DNA of 64,000 bases, taken from Caecitellus pseudoparvulus. Lineage: Eukaryota > Protista > Bigyra: Bicosoecida. The DNA lies in NCBI GenBank assembly GCA_965644315.1, contig CBFFRQ010000090.1:62297-126296 (forward strand), in the 5' to 3' direction. Position 1 is the first letter of the stretch. Each line of letters starts with the position of its first letter. This document shows positions 41,001 to 50,611 of this stretch, in pieces. The position numbers and the translations under genes were made by a program. The notes below the pieces were generated by a model. That model made no database searches. It saw nothing but the letters and a program-made list of their open reading frames with translations, and was not told where the DNA came from.

Positions 41001-41279
41001 GTTTGCGGAGGATGCGGATAGCAGCGCGCTGAGGAGATCCTGGACGGCGACGCCGTGGGGAGGAGCGATCCACACGTGGACTGGTGCATCTGGGGGGACT
41101 TGCACGAGGGTTTGACCGGAATCAGCGTCGATGGAAGTCCAGGGGTCCGCGAGCTGTCGGTCAGTTTCAACGTGCTGTAGGTCAGCCGCACTTGCGCTTT
41201 GCCGCTGGGCGTTCGACAGGCTCGCCGACACGGCAAGAACAAGCCATGACAGCAAGGTGAACAAGAATGCTTGAGTCAT
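38067..41279 (-). CDS. Type I single-pass membrane protein with a large Cys-containing ectodomain and C-terminal YxxPhi sorting motif
   Basis: Signal peptide MTQAFLFTLLSWLVLAVSASLSNA from ATG 41279, beta-rich ectodomain, acidic linker (DDMPGN)x2, TM IFGIAGGVVGGLVLMGVAYVYC, and tail RRERRTVTGAYEPI. Confidence 0.8.
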   Translation of the reverse strand: MTQAFLFTLLSWLVLAVSASLSNAQRQSASAADLQHVETDRQLADPWTSIDADSGQTLVQVPPDAPVHVWIAPPHGVAVQDLLSALLSASSANCKVDAYIDAGAAPANKATWPSSASFTWSILHGFGVDHVQVPPPAAADVGWLVTLTTPCPGGADVYLSASTARDSGSEPSITQLLPGVSLSSVLAAGGAPQYFSLRPDVPADAMATLGNFALSWGDSTPGVTVSLYLTNRYVPGDPTTLPGPKNTGKCNLLVPHGQRHVVVTTVDACMQGAPSANWTVAAYVSGSGGSGVGAPFTIMAGYQVHPVQMVLGTAALPMSAPPAGTGLENNTFSLAQFYLPDASQNLTVQVSRAREAYSPVMCLIPPGKPVKVDSCMVGLLPPNENQLGFHGYHGLFVSANEPCAVGGMKCDAADYKAGLWTVLVVEAGQDVAPSQPLTLLVYSSATVPAASVHDPVVQAYMPFERVCSHHNADGTCHDHGSVIGPHTWLTVPVPASAWAADMPLANRTSQYLSVNMQCRTSGCMNFPQDSSVGAYTASSSMSEANDAEERLRSLLPEVAEQHPGLALWMEEELDAGRVSIGPGASVIAISYDVCGPGAQQEACSTDLRFPIPPIGGGSSKVQGSAVGDMFSWGPIAPLPHSFCKGVSTPGASCFVNVFVLLFSLNEPSAKIRALEPVGVEVRLHSSVPQQVSPAHFQQNQSHTTAVQLALPAPNGAESRVLRGSSLTPQVDPWTVFADPYLSSVGSGTVRVRVEACAGSVKVPLCVAGPTSSCGASVGTPWSVQTPDEVIVVDAAAGPASAEVLIAMPNKASGASHRGLVAAMVEGAHGVPGRGHARARVMMGDAGAGYLGVSNRTVLESTVTQTSLFAKVEFPSMIVSQGSTSKPVMLPIDEGLTFSIALIAKDAISPEQLAVLQQGSYCGYLQVMEQLYSVLADYVLVERGQISFSGTLPEADISRVRGHHWVVVVAKCAPNTLCAQNPVVGQGVVYEPLPLHSSSTGGDDDMPGNDDMPGNDDDTAHGSHKPEKPPADLGTIFGIAGGVVGGLVLMGVAYVYCRRERRTVTGAYEPI

Positions 41280-41748
41280 TGGTACGATAGTCCTGTTCGG
41301 GGGCTTGCTCAGCTTGCAATACGGGACACCTCGGAACTTGCGGAGTAGTGCAACTTTGTCGGCTGAGAATGAGTGCGCCACTTACGACCAACGCGGCCGA
41401 GATGCCACGGGCGAAGAAATACCGATGAGGATACAGCGCTGTTGTGTGGAAATGTGAGATGTTGTTGAATTTGATTCAGATCTGGCGCACTGCCCTCAGG
41501 TTTGTGTCGCTGCCATGCAGCAAGCGTGAGGGGGGTGCCGCTGCGGAAATCGACCCCCCTTGACAACCAACCCACACCCGCCGTGCGTCAAGAACGCGAC
41601 GATACCTACTCCCCTCGCCATGAAAAAATAAAAATATCAGTAGACAAATCGTAGGCCCCGTCACTGGTCAGCATTTCTCTCGGCTTCCCTTGCACAACGG
41701 CGCACTAGGCTTACGGAATTCCGCTGCACCTCATCCGCATCGCTCACA

Positions 41749-42920
41749 ATGGCCGCTTCCACTGGCACTGCCTCTGCACACACTGTCACTGTCCCAAGTG
41801 ACTTGAAGGATGGTGTTAAGTTGCAGTCTGGGCAGAACATGCCCATCGTCGGCCTCGGGTGCGTCCAGGACCGCTGCCCCAACACGCCGCAATTGATCAT
41901 GCTCACCCCGCCACCACGCTGGACCTGCCCAGGACGTGGATGTCTCCCGCTGGCAAGGTGGAGGAGGCTGTGTACACCGCTCTGAAGGAAGGCTACCGCC
42001 ACATCGACTGTGCGGCAGTGTACGGAAACGAGGCAGAGGTTGGCAGCGGCTTGAAGCGCGCCTTCGACGAAGGCCTCGTCAAGCGCGAGGATGTGTGGAT
42101 CACCTCCAAGCTGTGGATTGACCACTACAAGCCCGAGGACGTGCCCACAGCCATTGACAAGACCCTTGCTGACCTGGGTCTGGATTACGTTGACCTGTAC
42201 CTCGTGCACTGGCCATTCTTCGTGCAGAAGGGTGAGCACGGCCGTCCACCTCTCTGCCCTAGCACCCCTGCACACACTCCTGCCACCCCCACAGGTGCCA
42301 AGATGCCTCTGGATGACGAACAGATCGTGGGGTACGATGCCGCTCTGTACGCGTCTACGTGGGAAGCCATGGAGGCCGTGGCTGCCTCGGGCAAGGCGAA
42401 GAACATCGGCGTCAGCAACATGACGGTGGCCAAGCTGGAGACACTGCTGAAGACGGCCAAGGTTGTCCCTGCAGTGAACCAAGTGGAGCTGCACCCCATC
42501 CACCCTCAGACGGAACTGGTGCAGTGGTGCATGGAGCACGGCATCGCCATGACGGCGTACTCGCCCCTGGGCAACCCTGGCCGCCCCGACTACATCCAGC
42601 CGTCCAAGGGCAAGGAGGCCGCCCCGGTGCCCATGGAGGCGCCCGAGGTGAAGGCCGTTGCTGAGCGCCTGGGGAAGAGCCCTGCCCAGGTCCTCATCCG
42701 CTGGAGCATGCAGCGTGGCGTCATCGTCATCCCCAAGTCCGTCACTCCCTCTCGCATTGCCGCGAACTTTGCCGTCTGGGACTTTGCGCTCACGGACGAG
42801 GACATGCAGGCCCTGGCGACCCTGCGCTCTGACACGCGCCTGGTGGATGCTGGGTTCTTCGCCAAGACTGGGCAGGCCGTGCACGAGATGTGGGACGAGC
42901 CTGCGCCCGCTTCGCAATAG
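41749..42920 (+). CDS. Aldo-keto reductase (AKR1-like); introns 41859-41932 and 42232-42294
   Basis: MPIVGLGTW, GYRHIDCAAVYGNE, ITSKLW, YVDLYLVHWP (complete D-Y-K-H tetrad), IGVSN, NQVELHP, AYSPLG and VIPKS. Confidence 0.95.
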
Positions 42921-42950
42921 GCGAGAGTGCTTCGACGCCTGCCGGCAAAT

Positions 42951-43819
42951 TCACGCTACCCCCAGGCTGGGAGCAGGACTGGTGGTGAACTGCGTCCCCG
43001 GGGGCAGCTTCGCCCATGCCGCGGCTTGCACCTCCCACTCCTGCAGCGCCCTAGCCTCCGCAGCTGCTGCCTCCCGCCAGCGCTCGCGGATGGTCTGCGC
43101 CTCCACGCCGTCTCCTCCCTCGGCTGCCAGCTCCATCAACGCAGGTCCCCGTGCCGCTGCGGCGGCGTCAGCCATGGCGTCAAGCCTGCTTTCAATTTCG
43201 TCCTCGCTCATGCGCGGGAAGTCGTCGATGGTCACATGGACCGCCCCGCCGTCCAGGTGCTCCAGCACGCCCACCTGCACCCCGAGCAACGCGAGGAGAA
43301 CTGCAAGAGCCCCATGCGTGCAGCAAGCGAAGCAACCACGTACGTGATGCAGGGATACGTTCAATTCAGAAGCAAGGTGCGGGCTCGTCAGCTCAATCAC
43401 GAGAAAGGTAGCGCTAACGAAGGAACCCTCCTGTGCAGGAGGCGATAGGCTGCGCTACCATGCGCGCGAATGACAGCACAAGCAACGACTGCCCACCTGG
43501 ACGCTTGCCTGAACAATGCGGTGCAGGTGCAGGCTTGAGTAAATGCCCGTCTCCGACACTCTGCTCAGCTCAGACATCACGATCTGTCGAGGAGGGTCAC
43601 AGCTGCGAGGACTGCGGATTTCGCTGCGGAGTTTGAGGACTGCCAGCACTCACGCACCTCAGCTGCAGCCTTCGCATGAGCTCCGTCTGGCGGTATGCTC
43701 ACCGGAGCAACGAGCGGAGCCTGCGTGGTGCCGACGCTTTGGACGAGCTCAGCACCTACGATGCTGGCCATGCACCACGCAACGCAAGCCAACACTTCAC
43801 AGAAGCGGAGAGTCGCCAT
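42951..43819 (-). CDS. Secreted ~219-aa protein with a cystatin-like N-terminal domain; exons 43819-43658, 43583-43497, 43430-43344, 43274-42951
   Basis: Three phase-0 GT-AG introns (74, 66, 69 nt) join to give a signal peptide plus AAAEIVMSELSRVSETGIYSSLHLHRIVQASVQEGSFVSATFLVIELTSPHL...VTIDDFPRMSEDEIE. Confidence 0.65.
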
Positions 43820-44264
43820 GGCTTGGAGAAACCTCTACACTTGTAGGCAGAGTCAACCTATTGTAGGGTGTGTAATGGTGATCGGTGTGTGAAAAATTGA
43901 ATGAATAGACCTTGTGCCAACCTGCAAGCAAGAGTACTTTTCTGTACAGCTATGGCTGGTTTGGGCAGTCAAGCACCCTTCTTCCTTTCTTCTACGTTCG
44001 CCTACACACCTTGCCAATGTTCAACTTGAACGCCCTACACACTTCATCACACACCGATAGATAGTCGGTGGCGATCTTCCTTTCGTTGCCTGTCTGCACA
44101 GCCGGGTTCAGCGCTTCAAGCCTCGGCTCCGTGAGCCACAGCAACAGCCGACTAGCTTGGAGGCATACTCCGTCTTCCTCCAGCACGGCAGAGGAATCCA
44201 CCCCCACCATTGCAGCAAGGGAAAGTTAGGTAGCTAATTTGGCGTGGAAAGCCATTCATAAGTC

Positions 44265-45695
44265 ATGGTGTCTCCAGCGTTGCTCGCAAAGGCCCTCGGC
44301 GTGTTGCTGGAAACAGACCACGCAACCGAGGCTGCGGAGGCCCTGCGAAGCGTGGCGAAGGATGAAACGAAGGTTCAGCAGCAGGAGTGGAGTATGGAAG
44401 GAATGGATAGGTACTTTCCAACGCCATTCAATCGCTTCATCTTGACAGGGAAGCTCCCGACGCCAGCTGTATTGCTGTCTTCAGCTTGGTCAATTTCCGC
44501 AGGCAGCCAGCCTGCCGCTGCGTGTGCTGGCTCCGCGGAAGAAGGTGCCGAGCAGGAACTGGCTGAAGGGCGAGTGATGTCTCCACATGAACTTCCTGCT
44601 CCTCCCTGTGGGGACGTGCTGCAGAGCTGCATCACGTTTATTGTGGGCTGTGGCCGGTCAGGCACAACACTGGCCGGCAAGTTGGCAGCTTGCCACCCCC
44701 ATGTCGTGTACCTGAATGAGCCGCGGGCACTGTTTTTGCGCGCGGAGTGTTTCAGAGAGTGCGATGTGTGGTCCATTCCTGGGCCAGGATGCGCTGCGTG
44801 GCTGCGAAGTGGGGAGTCCCTCTCGATCCCCCACATGCAGGCAAAGCTTGGCGCACTGCGGCGATTGCTGTGGTGGGAGCTGGTGCTCTCAGCTTTGCCA
44901 GAACTGGATGAAGACTCGGCTGGGCAAGTGCGCAGCGCAGTGGCAGCATGCCAACCTTTGCCTGAGGCTGTGGTGAGAGCAGTGACTTCAGCCAAGCACC
45001 TGGTGGTGAAGCTGCCTGAGCACGCCTTCCACGTGCCCTTGCTGCAAGCAGCACTGGGCAGCGCCTCGCCCCCACGTGTGGTCCACGTCACGAGGCCCCT
45101 AGCAGGTGTGGTGAAGAGTATCTGCTCGTTTGGAGCGCGGGCGTGGCTGGGCGGCCTGCGAGGTGCCGGCGGACACGCAAAGTGGGGCGCCATGCTGCAG
45201 GCAACTACAGCCTTGGCAGACGCGGAGGCAGTGTGCTCTGCTGTGCGCCAAGCCTGTGAGTTGCTATGCGCCTGGTGGGCATCGCTTACAGCCGAGCAGC
45301 AGCACGCTCTGCGCCACTCGCCAGACTGCACGCCAGGGGCACGCCCGGCCATGGCAGAGTTTGAGTGGTGGGCTGCCGTGCTGAGCGTTGTGGGGGAAGC
45401 AGACCACGCTCAGCCACTGGACCTGCGCCGCCTGATCAAGGACACAGACGCAGCGTGGGCTGACCTGTGCCGCACGGCGGGCCTGCCCACCACTGCAGAC
45501 GCCCTGGGCCCCGCTGCCCATGCTTCCATGGCCACAGCCTTGGACTCCTTCCGCTCTCGTCTCAAGGCGCAAAAAGCTCGCACACCGGCGGTGGTCGCTG
45601 CGGCCGAGCAGACGCCGGGGGAGGGCGTGCCCCCCCTTCCCACAGCGGAGTTGGAAGCTGCTGTCGGGCACTTGCTGCCGCCTGGTCTGCTGTGA
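44265..45695 (+). CDS. Sulfotransferase family protein (Sulfotransfer_3-like)
   Basis: 5'-PSB loop FIVGCGRSGTTL, HPHVVYLNEP, VVKLPEH and 3'-PB-like VVHVTRP..VVKS. The true start is uncertain. Confidence 0.8.
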   Translation: MVSPALLAKALGVLLETDHATEAAEALRSVAKDETKVQQQEWSMEGMDRYFPTPFNRFILTGKLPTPAVLLSSAWSISAGSQPAAACAGSAEEGAEQELAEGRVMSPHELPAPPCGDVLQSCITFIVGCGRSGTTLAGKLAACHPHVVYLNEPRALFLRAECFRECDVWSIPGPGCAAWLRSGESLSIPHMQAKLGALRRLLWWELVLSALPELDEDSAGQVRSAVAACQPLPEAVVRAVTSAKHLVVKLPEHAFHVPLLQAALGSASPPRVVHVTRPLAGVVKSICSFGARAWLGGLRGAGGHAKWGAMLQATTALADAEAVCSAVRQACELLCAWWASLTAEQQHALRHSPDCTPGARPAMAEFEWWAAVLSVVGEADHAQPLDLRRLIKDTDAAWADLCRTAGLPTTADALGPAAHASMATALDSFRSRLKAQKARTPAVVAAAEQTPGEGVPPLPTAELEAAVGHLLPPGLL

Positions 45696-45736
45696 TGTGG
45701 CCCGGCTACCAGCGCATCAGTGCATTTTCAGTGGGG

Positions 45737-46276
45737 TCAGGGGAAGGTGTTGGCCACCAAGGCCGCCTTCGTCGCTGCCTTTGCCTTGTCGTCCCCTGCC
45801 TTCTTGATGTAGCGCAATCCACAGTACTTGCACACAGCGGGCAAACGGCCATCGCGAGTGTCCAGCTGAATCCACTCAGCGGGGTGTCCGTTCTCGCCAC
45901 CTCCTGCACCGCGCCGCGCCAGGCTTGCGTGAGTTGGGCAAGCACACGGCAAGGCGGCACCCCACGCCAACGCACCTCCTTCGCAGACGGCCATGTTCCC
46001 ATCAACCTCGATGGGAGGCACATCTGCGATCAACGTCTCTGCGTTGCTCCTGTGCTTGGGCATGTCCTGCACATGGCAGCGGCGAAGCTGTGTGCGCGGC
46101 GATTCAGGCGGCAGTGCAGTGCCGACACGCACCCCGTAGTATTTGTGGTAGTTGCCGACTTGCGGGACTTGGTCACCATGGTAGGCACGAACTTGCACAG
46201 AAGCACAGCATGCTGATACTGCTGGGCGGCTGTGGCTCACAGCACGCCGCACCGCAGTGCGGAGGGCCAGGGACAT
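45737..46276 (-). CDS. NDUFS6: Complex I 13-kDa Zn-finger subunit (NDUFS6); introns 46132-46067 and 45975-45904
   Basis: Presequence MSLALRTAVRRAV, then AETLIADVPPIEV..AVCEGGGGENGHPAEWIQLD..AVCKYCGLRY (CHCC zinc finger). Confidence 0.92.
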   Translation of the reverse strand: MSLALRTAVRRAVSHSRPAVSACCASVQVRAYHGDQVPQVGNYHKYYGVRVGTALPPESPRTQLRRCHVQDMPKHRSNAETLIADVPPIEVDGNMAVCEGGALAWGAALPCACPTHASLARRGAGGGENGHPAEWIQLDTRDGRLPAVCKYCGLRYIKKAGDDKAKAATKAALVANTFP

Positions 46277-46521
46277 GGCTTGTGCGGAAATTGATGGTGT
46301 TGTGGCGATGAGCTTGCCTCGAAGGGCATGCACGTTTGCCGGTCTGTGTGAGACGGGCTGGACGGAGGGGGCTGACGTGGCGGATCGGGATTTGTGCGGA
46401 TGTGTGAGCGGCAGAGGACCGTGGGGTGTCCACAAGGTAGGTTTGGCGAATGACCATATACATTATTGTGCCTGCCAGGCACCATCAAAGTTGCGCGTCT
46501 GCTCCAGCACGACGCAAGGAT

Positions 46522-49500
46522 TCAATCTGCACCAGCCTCCTCCTCTTCCTCTTGCCCCTCTTCGGGGGCTTCTACACACCCACTCCCCTCTCCGTGCTCC
46601 TCCACATACGCCAGGTGCTCCGGCCACCCAGCTGGCTCCTCCCACTGGCTCACCCCCGTCAGGATGTGCACGTAGAAGCCGTCGCCGTCTTCGTCCACGA
46701 TGTAAGTCCACTCGAAGCGCCCCTCCACGGCTGCCCGCACGCCGTTCGCCTGCAGCAGCTCATGGTGCTTGGCCCAGCCCGGGGGCGGCTCCCACTGACT
46801 CTCCGGCACGTCTCGAATGGCTTCATCAGAGCCAGGCACGGCTTCGCCTGCCTCGATCTCCTCTTTGGTCGTTACGACAGCCTTGTTCATGAAAAACTCG
46901 TCACCGTCTTCGTCATTCACGGTTTCCCACGGGTACTCCACAGTGCCAAGGGCATTTTCAGGCGCTTCCCATGTGGAATCGCCGGTGTAGCAGTTCACGT
47001 ACCACACATCTTCACCATCGCTGTGCTGAGTCCACCAGCGCCCCCAGGCATCCACAATGGGTATCTCCTCCTCGCCAAACTCATACTCCCCTCCCAGTGC
47101 CTCGGCGCCCTCTTCCGTTTCGTCGACTTCTGCGACCTCGTCTGCGTCACCTTGTGTGGCCTCTGACGTGTCCGCTTTCTTCGAAGCGGTCTCAGCAGTG
47201 CCGCTGCCATCACCCGAGTCCCCTGAAACAGACCGGTTGCCGCTGGCAGGAAGGGGAGAGAACGATTTATCCGCAACGACAGCCATGGAAGCACGGCTGG
47301 CAGCTGTGCCGCCGACTTTGCCAGGGCCAGCCTGACCGGGCTGACGCGTGGGGCTCGCGGGCTGCTTGGGCAGCTCCAACACACTGTCTGGGAGGGCGTC
47401 AACGTCCACCTCGTGCACCTCCTCTTCAGGAACAGACTCGGCGATAGACACGTCTGTTCCCATGCGCCGTCGCGGGGCCATCGCGTTCGCCATGGTGAAT
47501 GTGTCCCCAACGACACTGCTCTGGGCAGGGGGGAGATTCAGGGAAGGTGGCTTCTTCGGAGGGGTGGTGGTGCTGCCCATACCAGTGGTTGGCGCTGGGG
47601 TCATGGGCACTGCGGGCAAGCTGTCACTTCCAGGCCCAGGCCGTGCAGATGGCGCTGACACCCAATCAGGCACAGACTTCGCCCCCGCTCCCCTCAGGGC
47701 GCCCGACAGAGCCGAGGAGGCCACACCACTTGCTGCAGCATGCACCGCCAGCACCTCCCCTCGAGTCAGGCGGCACTCGGCATCCTTGTCCACACGGGCA
47801 CCGGGGAAATTGGCCCGCATGGAGCCTTTGCCTGGCGCCCCAGTGCTGTACCTGCGCAGGGCTCGGATGCCGGAAGCCTTGTGGAAGGTCTTGCTGGCCA
47901 GGGGGTCGGAGTGGAAGGAAGCTTGGCGGGTCAAGTCGGAAGGGGGCGGCTTTTCGCCTGGATCAGCTGCCCCACCAGAGCCCGCGGCAGCCGCTGGTGT
48001 GTGGGCTTTTGCCATGAGCAGCAGCATGCGGCGACCTTGCCAGCCCCTGTACACCCTGGAAATGGTGGTCACAGCGACATGGGGCCCACAGTGCTGCTGC
48101 AGGGTGCTCACCCACACTGCAGCATCGGCTGGCGTGGCGGCGGCACACCGCAGGCTGGCTCCGCTCGATACCTTCAACACGAACATTCTGCTCCCACAAG
48201 CTCGCCGGTCTGCCTCGCGGTGCAGGTGGGAAATGGTGCGCAGTGCGATGCGCTTAGCGCGAGATGTGGCTTGCGTCGCGTCCCCGCTCCAGAAGAACAG
48301 CGACTCATACTTGACGGACAGCACGAAATGCCTGTGAAGGTGGGGTGCGGGTAGAGAAACATGGGTGTTCACGCAGGGCAGGGTGAGGCGAGGGGGTGGC
48401 GCGGGACGCACTTGATCCACCACTTGTACTTTCCATGGGGAGCTTGGATAGCCAGCGCGCCGTGGATGGCAACGTCGCTGGAGAAATCGAAGTCTGGGAG
48501 TGGTCCCACATGGTTTGTCTTTTGCACTGATGGGGCGCCGAAGGGGTGCTTCTTGTTCCCACCCCCGACTGCCTTAGGGCTTCCCGCTCCCGGCTTAGCG
48601 TCCAAGCCAGCCTGAGCCTTTGCAGCTTGCGCCAGCTCCTCGCCACGGTGGGACACTGCCTGGCCCGCAGGTCGCCGCACATCGACATTGGAATTCATGG
48701 AGGACCGGCGCACGCGTGTGGAAGGCGTGACGCGTGCGGATCCGACCTGAGGTGCCGCAGCTGTCGAGGGTCGGCGGCGCTGCTTGGGTCCGCCTTCCCT
48801 TGGTCGCCGTTGGGGACTCGGCGAGGCTGGTGGGCGCGGCAGGGGGTGTGTGGCCGAATCATCACCGGCACTGGGGAGGCTGAACGAAGCCACACGGGCT
48901 CGATCCAGCACCTGAGGGCTGAGCTTTGTGTCAATGCTCTCGAGAGTTTTCGACCGACGAGGGGACGGGGGGGCGATGGAGGCGCGCTTCCGGGCGGCAG
49001 TGACAGAAGCAGTGCCAAACTCGTCGCTGGACAGCCGTCCCCGCCCCACAGAAGGTGGTAGCTTCCGGGCTGGCCTAGCGGGCGAACCACTATCCTTGGC
49101 AAAGGATAGATCCCGAGCACTGCGACCTCCGGAGCTCTTTGGGCTGTCTAGTGCCCCAGGGCGAGGAGGCAGCGGTGGCGGAGGGCCGCTGCCAAGCTCC
49201 ATCTGTCCTGGTGCTGGTGCGGGCGCAGGTGCTGGTGCTGGAGCTGGAGCTGGAGCTGGTGCTGGAGCTGGAGCTGGTGCTGGAGCTGGCTCAAGTCCTG
49301 GTGCTGGTGCTGGAGCTGGTGCTGGAACCGGAGCTGGAGCTGGAGCTGGTTCAAGTGCTGGCGCTGGAGCTGGCGCTGGAGCTGGTGTTGGTGCTGGTGC
49401 TGGTGCTGGTGCTGGAGCTGGAGCTGGAGCTGGAGCTGGTTCAAGTGCTGGCGCTGGAGCTGGCGCTGGAGCTGGTGTTGGTGCTGGAGCTTGTGTTGGG

Positions 49501-50282
49501 GCTGGTGCCGGAGCTGGAGCTGGTGTTGGCGCTGGAGCTGGAGCTGGAGCAGGTGCTGGTGCTTGCTCGACGGTTGTAGAGGGTTCAGCGCGAGTGTGTG
49601 GGTCAGGTACAGCTCCCGCCTTGCGTGCAACTGGTGCAGAAGGTGGTCGAGGAGGTGGGCCTGGAGCAGGCCGTGCAGCATTGGGGCGAGCAAGGGCTGT
49701 TTTGTCTGTGCGCACGGCAACGGTGACTGCCTGCAGCGCCATGAACATGGCGCCGCGCTGGGCAGCAGGAGCCGCCTCCAGCGGGGTGTTCCCTTCGGCA
49801 TTCACTGCGTCAGTCGGCGCCCCTGCCGCGACGAGCGTCCTGGCAACGGTCACCCTTCCAAGTTTGCAGGCAAGGTGCAAGGGGGTGTTGCCGTCAGTCC
49901 CTGCCGCGTGAAGGCTGTCTGGGTCACTGCCTCGAAGCGTAGCCGCCACGTCACTTTGGTCTCCTGAAATGACTGCTTTATGCAGTGCGGAGTAGCCGAG
50001 CTCCTGTGAAGAAAGGGTTACGCATCGGGATCACAGTGACTACGGTGGAGGCTCACGGGCAAACGACACGGGCGGATTTCGCTGTTGCGGCACAAGATCG
50101 CGTGCGACCTGGCGCTGGAAGCGCACCTTAGCCTTGGCCAGCAAGAGGGCAACGTCAGCCTTGCCGGCTTCTCTGGTCTTCATGAGACCCACGAGATCGT
50201 CTTTTATCGACGGGCGGGTCGAGGGTGGCCCCCCCGGGGGAGGGCCGGGCGGTGGAGGCGCTGCCCCTCGTGAGGTGGCCAT
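46522..50282 (-). CDS. Multidomain scaffold: ankyrin repeats-(PA)n linker-PH-IQ-WW x3; introns 50126-50004 and 48411-48332
   Basis: ANK: GYSALHKAV, GNTPLHLAC, GNTPLE. PH: HGALAIQ..WWIKHFVL..LFFW..AAVWVSTLQ. IQ: ISRVYRGWQGR. WW: WTQHSD..WYVNCYTGDSTWEAP, WETVND..ESQWEPP, WTYIVD..FYVHILTGVSQWEEP. Confidence 0.85.
49208..49563. repeat. Coding hexamer microsatellite (GCTGGT/GCTGGA)n encoding a (Pro-Ala)n linker on the minus strand
   Basis: Direct tandem repeat seen in the sequence, with higher-order units punctuated by TCAAGT (ALE/GLE). Confidence 0.95.
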
Positions 50283-50611
50283 GCCAAGCTTCGTGCTGCC
50301 TCCACGGCAGCTGGGCAAGGCAAGGGGAGCGTGTGTGGGCTGCTGCACGGTAGCAGCCGCACTGTGTGCATTGCACACGTGCTTTGATATGTATTTTTGT
50401 CCCACAGCGGTGTTTGTCTGCAAGGTTGCAGCTGTGCGTGTTGTGCAAAGTACCAGCCTGGAGCATTTTCCGCAGGCCCACGCGCGGTGCCGCAGTTGCA
50501 CGTCACCGTGCAGCTGCCACGGGCTGCTGCCGTGCGCCATGCATACTCCACGGATAGAAACATGCCCCACTGCACTTCCTCGCGAAAAACCGTGCATTGC
50601 ACAGAGTGCGC

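Noticed and set aside
43860-44264. Endogenous virophage/Polinton fragment in the AT-richer patch
   Set aside because: Too short, with no terminal inverted repeats or viral ORF motifs visible.
7848-46132. Several stopless 3n introns (63, 66, 66, 69, 72 nt) suggesting regulated intron retention
   Set aside because: About 8 of ~20 inferred introns are 3n, not clearly above chance, and the lack of stops is expected at this GC.
48928-49911. Silk-like (GA)n, poly-(LE/LV) and poly-(QL/QH) ORFs over the hexamer repeat
   Set aside because: Alternative frames of the (PA)n microsatellite; only the PA frame connects the ankyrin and PH domains.
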